64,000 nucleotides of DNA from contig RHPI01002504.1 of assembly GCA_009103225.1 (NCBI GenBank), positions 154,220 to 218,219 of the forward strand, written 5' to 3'. The stretch is from Chlorokybus atmophyticus (taxonomy: Eukaryota > Plantae > Mesostigma and Chlorokybus algae). Made by a program: the position numbers and the translations under genes. The notes beneath the pieces are model-generated. The model did no database searches. It was not told the origin of the DNA and saw nothing but the letters and a program-made list of their open reading frames with translations. This document shows, piece by piece, positions 55,321-64,000 of the stretch (within the stretch, counting starts at the first letter, position 1; each line of letters opens with the position of its first letter).

Positions 55321-56360
55321 TGCCATTTGCCTGCTAGCTTGCTGTTAGGCTTACCTTTGTCGTGTTCAGCTGGCAAGAAGCTGAAGCAGCTTCTACTCTA
55401 CAAGGTACTGGGTGTTTGGCTTGCAGTGTGCCTGTTTGACAAGTTCACAAGCACATGTTTGTGCATGCACATGCCATTTGCCTGCTAGCTTGCTGTTAGG
55501 CTTACCTTTGTCGTGTTCAGCTGGCAAGAAGCTGAAGCAGCTTCTACTCTACAAGGTACTGGGTGTTTGGCTTGCAGTGTGCCTGTTTGACAAGTTCACA
55601 AGCACATGTTTGTGCATGCACATGCCATTTGCCTGCTAGCTTGCTGTTAGGCTTACCTTTGTCGTGTTCAGCTGGCAAGAAGCTGAAGCAGCTTCTACTC
55701 TACAAGGTACTGGGTGTTTGGCTTGCAGTGTGCCTGTTTGACAAGTTCACAAGCACATGTTTGTGCATGCACATGCCATTTGCCTGCTAGCTTGCTGTTA
55801 GGCTTACCTTTGTCGTGTTCAGCTGGCAAGAAGCTGAAGCAGCTTCTACTCTACAAGGTACTGGGTGTTTGGCTTGCAGTGTGCCTGTTTGACAAGTTCA
55901 CAAGCACATGTTTGTGCATGCACATGCCATTTGCCTGCTAGCTTGCTGTTAGGCTTACCTTTGTCGTGTTCAGCTGGCAAGAAGCTGAAGCAGCTTCTAC
56001 TCTACAAGGTACTGGGTGTTTGGCTTGCAGTGTGCCTGTTTGACAAGTTCACAAGCACATGTTTGTGCATGCACATGCCATTTGCCTGCTAGCTTGCTGT
56101 TAGGCTTACCTTTGTCGTGTTCAGCTGGCAAGAAGCTGAAGCAGCTTCTACTCTACAAGGTACTGGGTGTTTGGCTTGCAGTGTGCCTGTTTGACAAGTT
56201 CACAAGCACATGTTTGTGCATGCACATGCCATTTGCCTGCTAGCTTGCTGTTAGGCTTACCTTTGTCGTGTTCAGCTGGCAAGAAGCTGAAGCAGCTTCT
56301 ACTCTACAAGGTACTGGGTGTTTGGCTTGCAGTGTGCCTGTTTGACAAGTTCACAAGCAC
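55321..56360. repeat. 151-bp tandem repeat, about 7 copies, each containing an AG/GT-flanked 35-nt exon-like cassette
   Basis: ORF starts 55412, 55563, 55714 are 151 apart; each unit has ttcAG|ctggcaagaagctgaagcagcttctactctacaag|GTactg. Confidence 0.95.
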
Positions 56361-56553
56361 GCCTTTGTGCAAGCAGCTTAGAGACACTTCTTTTGCAAGG
56401 TACATGGTTTGCTTGCTGTGACAAGTCAACAAGCAAGTCCACATGGCTTACAACCTGCAGTCACTTGAGTCAACCAAGACTTGAGGTTGATTAGGGTTGC
56501 GGTTGCAACTGACTTGTAAAGCAAGCTTGATCTATCTACAGGAGGGCATCATC

Positions 56554-59051
56554 ATGTCAGGCACCACGTCGGGTGGGCGGTCCAGCAACTGCAGCGAAGG
56601 ATGGGAGAATTTGGACGAAGAGATATGGGGGAAGAATGCTGGTGGTCCTTCTGATGAGCAGCTGCAGCATGAGTGGGAAACCAGTGAGGCGACTGTTCAC
56701 CTGCGTGATCTTGAGACCACAGCAATGGTCTCCTTAAAAGTGAGCTTATGCATCAAGCATCCGCAATCAATGTCAGACCTTGCTGCCGAAGTCTGTTTTG
56801 TCCCATGTTGTACTAGTGCACCAATGTAAATCATGCAGGCACTGAAGGTCCTACATTGGCGTGGGAAGCATCATGCCCGTGATCGTCGCAAGGTCACCAA
56901 GCTGGCCGACAAAGGCCGGATTTGCTACGAGTACTGTCGCATGATGCCGGGGAAGACTCAAACGAAGCAGGACCCATTCAAGTTCGCTCTTGCAACCAAA
57001 TGCTGGCATCTGCTGAATCCAGAGCTCTCCTATCAAATGGTTGGCAAATTCCCACAGTTACATGAGCTGTCATGCAATATGGCAGCATTGTCTGAGCTAG
57101 GAGGAGTTTGCTTTGCATGTGTTGGCCTTCACAACTTCTTCATTGGTGGGTAGGCGCGTTTGAAGATTCAACAGTATCTGGGCAACAAAAAGGGATACAG
57201 CAACCCCAAGCACAAAGAGAAGCAGAAAGAAAAGAGTCGGAATCGTTACAAGGAGATGATGGAGAAGGCTTTCGCGGGGGGCTTTGTGCCAAGGCGCAGG
57301 GGAGGGCCTAGCGACAAGAACAACAAGGTGTGTGTCATGTAGTGACTAAGGTGTTCGTGCGATGTGCATGTCTTGAGTGCCTTTGCCATGTGCTTGATAG
57401 AAAGCCAACAAGAAGAAGCCCAAGAAGTCAAAAGAAGTGCAATCTGCCAGCGACGACGAGGATGCCACCTCAGAGGGTGACCTACAGTTTGCACAAAGTT
57501 GGCTTTGTCAATGTCGTGTTGAGAACGATGCTTTGTGTTTGATGGTGCCTTATGTATGCAGGTTGTGTGGTGTGTATGATGACCCCTTGTAATTGCACGG
57601 CGCCCACGCGTTCACATCCCGCCAGCGACGCCAGCGACGACAGGAATGGCACCTCGCAGCGTGAGCCGCGTCTTGCGCGCGCAGGCAGCTGCTGGAGTAC
57701 TGTGTGTATATGCAGGCTTTTGTGATCGGTGCCTTGTGTATGCGATAGGTAACAAGGAAGGCACTGCACCACAACCCTCAAGTTCTCCTGCTACTGGTTC
57801 ACAGGTCAGATGCCGCTCCTGCTTGTACTTTGCTAAACATGTGTTCATGATCGTTCATGACTGTTGTGTTCAGGCACGTGCCAAGCAGGGTGCTGATGTG
57901 CGTGACAGCAGCTCAGGGAAGCGCAAAGTGTCTGGTGAGGTACGCAGCATTGGACTTGATAGAGCGGCAATGCACTGAGTTGTGGCTCACCATCTGACTT
58001 CATGCTGTTGGCAGGAGGATGAGGTGTCAAGCCCCCCCAAAAAGAAAACAAACAAAACTGTTCGCTCGATACCGGCTCCCTACAAGTCTCAGGAGGCAGG
58101 CCACTCGACTGGCAAGCAGGAGACGGTGTTGGAGAAGAAGAGCGGCAAGCAAAAGGAGGTATGAAAGCACCATGTACTTGATCTTATGGGCTTCTTGCGT
58201 TCTTCTGGCTGCACACAAACTGTCACCTGCGGCAGGCACGCATTCGTTGCGTGACGGTTGTAAGCTTGTTAACACGTCGTGTCACCTTGTCGCGCAGGAT
58301 GAGCCAACGTATTCAGAAATGCCTGAGACAGATAGAAGCGAGAACAGCGGTGAAGATGGCGCCAAGGACAGCGCCCCGGACAGCGAGGGGGACAGCCCCA
58401 ACAACAGCGACAACGACTCGCAGAAGGCAGGTCGCTTCGCAAGCGCTGTATGAGAGATCACATCTGTGTATGTGTGTACCTCTTGATGTGTTTGTCACTT
58501 GCATGCGCAGGAAGAGCTGAGCGACAAGGACGACACCGCACCGACGATGAAGGTTGGCAGTGAAGTCCAACTGTTCATTAACGGGCGCAAAGAACCAGTA
58601 GGGGAGGCGCACGTAAGCGACATCAATCCTGTCAACAAGTTTCATGGCAAGAAGATTGGAGACGGCAACATGGTGGTCCAGTTCAGCCGCAGTCTTCCCA
58701 TCACTAGGACCAGACGTCCCGGACCAGGGGAAGAAGAGGTTGTGCCTCTGCCAATCAGCTTCAAGCGTGATGGGGTTGGAGTGCAAGTGACCCACTTGAA
58801 AGGTGAACGCGTTTGTGTGCATGCGATTGCATGAACAGTTTCAACATTGTGCAAGTCAGCTGAGTTCATGTGTGGTTGATGTATGCGCAGAGTGCGAGCC
58901 GGGTTTGTTGCTACTTTGGCCTGTTGGGTTGCTGAAGAGTATCAAGGTGAGGGAGCCAGCAAAGAAAGGCACAACCACACAGCGCGGGAGGGGCCGTGGG
59001 AAGGGCAGCCCGGGTGGGCGCGGTGGGCGTGGTCGAGGCAGCAAGAAGTAG
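56554..59051 (+). CDS. CACTA TnpA/TNP1-like second protein, multi-exon
   Basis: Spliced K/E/S-rich ORF; C-terminal KVGSEVQLFINGRKEPVGEAHVSDINPVNKFHGKKIGDGNMVVQF..LLLWPVGLL resembles the TNP1 C-terminal domain; RG-rich tail; lies next to the right TIR. Confidence 0.6.
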
Positions 59052-59199
59052 GTAGCAGAGATATATTGTAGACATCAGTGAATTTGTTGTTCAAGTCAGC
59101 TGCCATTCAGCTGACATTGCTGTCCAAATTCACCGGCTGGACTGATTGCTATGTGCTATGTCACAGCTATGCTATGTCACAGCTGTTGACGATAGCAAG

Positions 59200-59823
59200 A
59201 TGCAGTGATTATTCAACCAAACTGTGAGTGAATAACCACTTATATGTAGGACTATGTGTGTGAGCAGAAGTGCTGTATTATTCAATTATCATTTTTGTGG
59301 AAAATCAACCAAAGGCAGCAGTGTTCAACCATACTATGGGTGAATAACCACTCATATATAGGACTGTGTGAGAGCAGATATGCTGTATTATTCAATCACA
59401 AATCGTATGAATAATCACTCGCCAGTGTGGTACATGTGCTGTTGAAACAGCTTTGGTATGTGTGAACATTAAGCCAATATGCGTGTGAATAATTACCTAT
59501 AAGGAGGACATAGTGTGAGAGCAGGCGCTGTAAATATTCATGCACACAAAGTATGAATAATCACTTGGTGCCATGGTACAAGTCTAGGACCATGTATACC
59601 TAAGAAGACTGAATATGCAGTTCTGTCGCGAGTGAATAACTACTCACATGTAGGAGGTTGTGTGCGAGATGGACAACTGCAATTATTCATGACCAAAATG
59701 TGAATATCCATTGCTTGTATTCAGGGCATTTGGCCTGAATAATCAGCAATCGTAACAGCGACCTCTGCAGCCACGCAAGTGGCGAGTTCACACATAAAAC
59801 ATGAGTATTCAGGGCAAATGCGC
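59200..59823. repeat. Right subterminal repeats (GTGAATA / TATTCA motifs)
   Basis: gtgaataaccact x2, gaataatcact x2, gtgaataactact, gtgaatatccat and several ttattca. Confidence 0.8.
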
Positions 59824-59862
59824 TGAATTTTCAGACATTCGGGGGGTCCAGAATTACCGGTG

Positions 59863-59944
59863 TATGCGGTATGAGTGGGGCCCACTGCAATGCCACATTC
59901 AACTAGAAGACCCCCTGTGGGATTGTGCTGAGGAGTTCGCTTAG
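59863..59944 (+). pseudogene. Displaced C-terminal end of the pogo-like ORF
   Basis: Removing 31702-59862 and one TAT gives ..gaa ctg att atg cgg tat.. = ELIMRYEWGPLQCHIQLEDPLWDCAEEFA*. Confidence 0.7.
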
Positions 59945-60265
59945 CGCCACCTTCGCCTTGATCCAGCTCCCAACGCTGCAGCAAAGGAGGCGGGCCTTCG
60001 CTGGAGACAGAGGAGGAAGCACCGGCTCACCAACACCCACACACCACCCTAGACCACTAGATTTAGCTACTTTGCATAGGACGCTATGCAACTCTATGTA
60101 CATACATGCCCAACCGTGTGACCTCCGCTTGCTGCTGCCCACACCCGCATGCATGCCACCGCTCCCCATCTCAACAACAACAACCTTACAACTGCCGTCA
60201 TCTTTGCCACTTCGGCGGCAAAACTTGGCGGCGGCAAAACGCCTGCAAGCACATGGATCCTGCAG

Positions 60266-63200
60266 CCCGTGCCAGTACTGGCACAAACCCGTGCCAGTAC
60301 TGGCACAAAAACCCCGTGCTAGTACTGGCAACCTGTATAAGACCCATGCCAGTACTGGCATAAACTATGCCATTACTGGTTTATGAATTATAGACCTGTA
60401 ATGGCACAAGTACTGTGCCGGCAATGGCACAGACGTCTTCACTGGCACAAAGTTGGTGCCAGTACTGATCGTAAATGGCTAACAAAGCCAGCATTGGCAC
60501 AACCATCTCACTCAGCACTGGCTTAAACCATTTTAACCCCAGGGCTGGTCTTAAACCGTGTATGCCAGCATTGATACAACTTGTCAAAGACCAGCACCGG
60601 TTGCAGACCGCGTTTTCCAGCACTGGCACAACCTACATGCTTGCATATACTGGAAAGACCTGCTCACAAACCTTCAAGTCCCAAAAGACTCAGTACTGGC
60701 TTAAGCCCTCTGACACCGGTGCCGGTCATAGACCGTGCTTGCCAGTGTTGGTAAACCTGGTTTAAGACCAGCAACGGTTGCAACCTAAGTTTCCCAGCAA
60801 TGGCACAAGCTACATGCGTTCCTATACTGGAAAGACATGCTCGTAAACCTCCAAAACCCAAAAGACTCAGAACCAGCAACGTTAGATAGTTATACATGCC
60901 ATTACTGGCTTACAAACTCGAGAGCACTGCAATTCGGAACTCAGGAAGCTCCCGCAGGCTAGACCCGCAGGCTAGACCAGGCCAGACCAGGCTAGACCAG
61001 GAGGCGGCTGCGGCTACTGCTGCAACCAGCAAACCCATTGGCGGAAGCTTGCAGGACCTCAAGGTCTTTGGGTGGAACGGTTCTGGAGCTGGAGAAACAC
61101 TGTTACAGCTGCCAAACAGCTGCCAATGCTTCACAACCTACCGTTCTAGCACCGGGGCTGCAGACCCGGTGTTAGAACTTGCAAGGTTGCAGACGGCAGA
61201 ACTGCTTGTTTGGTCAACGTAAGCTTAGAATGCCTCAAAACCACTGCAAAAGCGTGTATTGAAAGCTATGCAACCAATGCCCTAGCTGTCATCCAGCATC
61301 CCAAGCTTTCCAAGCTGATAAGCCGCTGTTGCATGCTCAGGGGTTGCTCACCAGGGTTAAGCCGGTCTAAGACCTGGTCTTTTGGTTGAAGCAGCGGGCT
61401 GGCCGGCTAAAACACCCGCAGCAAGCCTGCTCCAGCTTTCCAGGTACGTCTATGCAAACTCTGATGAAGTCCGTTTTGATCCAGTCTTGTGGTTGTATTT
61501 TAGCTCTGGGTGGAATTCTTTCGCTTAGCCATGCATTGTTGCGCCTGTGCAAGTTTCCTCCAACCACCTGTCCGTAGTAACTACAGTCTTGAATTAGCTC
61601 CTTGTCAAATGCCTAGCTAGTCCAAGCCAGCCAGGTCTTTCAGCTGCTATGGCTGCCTGTTGACAGTATCAAGCTAACATGCTCTTTCGTTTCTCCTAGA
61701 TCCATGGCTAGTCGCATTGCACAGCTGGACGCTATCGGCCGCCGCAATGCATTCAATGAGGCAGTTGCTTTACTCCAAGTGCCGGTCCATAAAGCATCCA
61801 GACGTACGCAAGCAAAGTTCAAACAGCAGCAAAGACAGCCTGCATTCCAGCCGCGTGACAGTCAGCAGACTATCTTGAATGCAAGTCAGCACCAAAACCC
61901 ATTGCAGTCCATTCCAAACATTGCGGAAGAGCAGCCGCGGCCAAACCACCAGCAAGAAAACCAAGACAATCCGCAACTTCTACCAGCCTCGCAAGACCTC
62001 TTACATGACCAGCATCACCACAACCTTGAGACACCAGAACATCCAATCCACACGCAAGACCCGCTGGGAGATTCTCTTCTTGCCAGTTCACTGAACGGCA
62101 TTCGTGACACTCCTGAGCTGCCATGTGACCAACCTCCACAACCCTCACCTGAACCAAAGGAGTTGCCTACACATCTGCAAGCAACGTTAGAACCATTGGT
62201 CCAGCCCAATGAAGACCCGGTTGCAGACCCACAGCTGTCTACATCTCTCAGATCCTGTCCGTGCTCCAAGTGCAACAATGAGGTGACTTACAGATCTTTT
62301 TGACCATGGCAGTGATGTTTTTTGGTGGTTTTGATGGTTTAGGGCTTTCGTTGGCAGCGTGTTTGGCTAGATCCTAAGCTTTTCTGTCACAGGTGCTGCA
62401 GAGGAACTCAGTAATCCAAATCCACTTGCACAAAGACCGCGTGCTTCAGCAATTCCGGGCCATTCCCAAAGTTGTGTCACCTGCTGTAGCACCAGCAGAG
62501 AGTGACCCACTTACCGTGCACCAGGAACCCGAGAAGTCTTACATGGACAAGTACCTAGACATCATGACCATTGCCGACGAGGGCGGTATGTCGAAAGACT
62601 GCATCAACAAGTTGCTGGCCTGTCTGTTCAAGGGCGATGACTCTCTTCTCAGTATGGCCACCAAGAAGACCTTTAGTCCGGAATCAGAGGGTTGCAAGCT
62701 ACCAACATCCTGCAAAACTGCCACCAGCCTGTTCAATCGCATGGGTATGCCAGTGCCTTTGCACTACTCCGTTTGCAAGGACTGCTCTTACCTCTTCAGC
62801 AAGCCATACCCGAGAGACTTTGGCGATGACGTTACCGAAGAGTCCTCTACTTGGCGTCAGCGTGAGAAGTTACGCAAGACAATGCAGCAAGAGAAGTGTC
62901 CTTGTGGTAACCTGCGCAAGGACTGCGTGAGCTACTACTACCTACCTCTCAAGGCTAGACTGCAACTGATGTTTCGTTGCCCTACCATCTGCTACGACTG
63001 GTTGCAATCATGGCGCGAATGCGACAGATGGCTTGATAAAGACCCTGCAGTTCCTCCTGCAGCGCAGCAAGAGGCTTGGGATGGCTCCCGCTGGCGAGAG
63101 CTTTCGCACTTTTGGAACCCAGACAAGTCCTTTTGGCTGCCTGTCAGATGTGAGTTCTGTGGAACAATTCATCGTCCTGGACACCATTTTGCTGAGACAA

Positions 63201-64000
63201 AAGATGGGTATGCATGGGTCTTCAAGTGTCGCAACGCCCAGTGCCAGCAGATGACCTCTGCTCTCAGGCAGAAAGCCTCCGGAGACCCGAGGAATCTGGC
63301 TTTTATTGCCCATTGGGATGGCTTCAGCACTGCCACAACCACCAAGCGAGGCACCCTCATGATCAACGTTGCAGTCTTAAACGGTGGAAAGCTCTTAAGC
63401 ACGCAAACCTCCTCGCTGCTGCCAGTGGGTTTTGTGCCAAAAGACCAGATACCTAATGGGATTAACAACATGGACCCGTTCTTGGAACCCCTGGTGATTG
63501 AGTTAGAGTCCCTTTACATCGAAGGGTTTGGCACAGAGTACGGACTTGCTACTTCCGATGTCGCGGACAACCTGCATCAACAAGCAGCAGGTACACCCAG
63601 CAGCCTGCTTGACCAAATGACAGATTAACGTGTCTTAGACTCGTCCTAGAACGTTTTAGACCCTGTCCTAGGACTTGAGACTTGTCCTAGAACCCAACTC
63701 CCATGTACATTGCAGGAAGCACTACAAAGTTGCGTGCTATGCTGCTGCTGTGGGCTGGAGATCATCCTGCCCAATGCCAAGTGCTGAAGATGAAGGATGG
63801 TGGCATCTGTGCCTGTCGGCGCTGCTGGTTGGTTGGTGAGCCACACCAAGTAGCTCTGAAACCCAAGGTGCATGAAGCTCAAGGTGCAGAGCCCGCCAGC
63901 ACCTCACGCAGGTCTAAAAAGAACAAGAAAGGTCGCAAGGCATCTAGTAAAAAGGCAAGCAAGCCCCGACAAGCTGCAAAACCCAAAAAAGACACCATGA
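60266..64000 (+). mobile_element. Left part of a second CMC/EnSpm transposon from a different subfamily; runs off the right edge
   Basis: Probable CCC terminus (CCCGTGCCAGTACTGGCAC) followed by palindromic TGCCAGTACTGGCA repeats to about 60900, then a transposase gene. Right TIR and TSD cannot be checked. Confidence 0.75.
61704..64000 (+). CDS. EnSpm/CMC transposase, spliced, truncated by the window
   Basis: CPCSKCNNE|VLQRNSVIQIHLHKD; YYYLPLKARLQLMF; EAWDGSRWREL; GDPRNLAFIAHWDGFS; MDPFLEPLVIELESLYIEG; LRAMLLLWAGDHPAQC..CRRC. Confidence 0.9.

Larger units (their letters stand above)
31702..59862. mobile_element. Giant cargo-carrying CMC/CACTA (EnSpm) DNA transposon, 28,161 bp
   Basis: 39-bp TIRs (33/39 identical, first 11 nt perfect, CACCGGTAATT) at 31702-31740 and 59824-59862; 3-bp TSD TAT at 31699-31701 and 59863-59865; subterminal repeats; TnpD-like and TnpA-like genes inside. 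Confidence 0.95.

Noticed and set aside
55412-56421. Series of identical 75-aa ORFs
   Set aside because: Products of the 151-bp repeat; they cross splice-site-like motifs

Overview
Eukaryotic, intron-rich sequence, probably a green alga or early streptophyte (inferred from plant-type MTB/METTL14 and ERD2-related proteins). 1-14.4 kb holds four host-like spliced genes in two divergent pairs: a DNMT1-RFD/RFTS-like protein (runs off the left edge), an unknown protein, METTL14 and an ERD2-related receptor. The rest is nested mobile DNA: a 514-bp TRIM with a tRNA-like Pol III promoter, a degenerate Ty3/gypsy chromovirus (LTRs, 5-bp TSD), a dead pogo-like transposase gene and two CMC/CACTA (EnSpm) transposons. 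The main finding is a complete 28,161-bp CMC element (31702-59862) with 39-bp TIRs starting CACCGG and a TAT target-site duplication that splits the pogo ORF. It carries (i) a transposase apparently spliced in frame to an NSD-type PHD-C5HCH reader, SUMO-interacting motifs and a Ulp1 SUMO protease, (ii) an intact Zn-finger/Tudor/phage-type C5 cytosine methyltransferase, (iii) an OTU deubiquitinase with a Gag-capsid-like segment (three premature stops), (iv) an unknown ORF and (v) a TnpA-like gene, plus several related tandem-repeat arrays. All domain calls and exon joins are by-eye translation and motif recognition; no database search was run.
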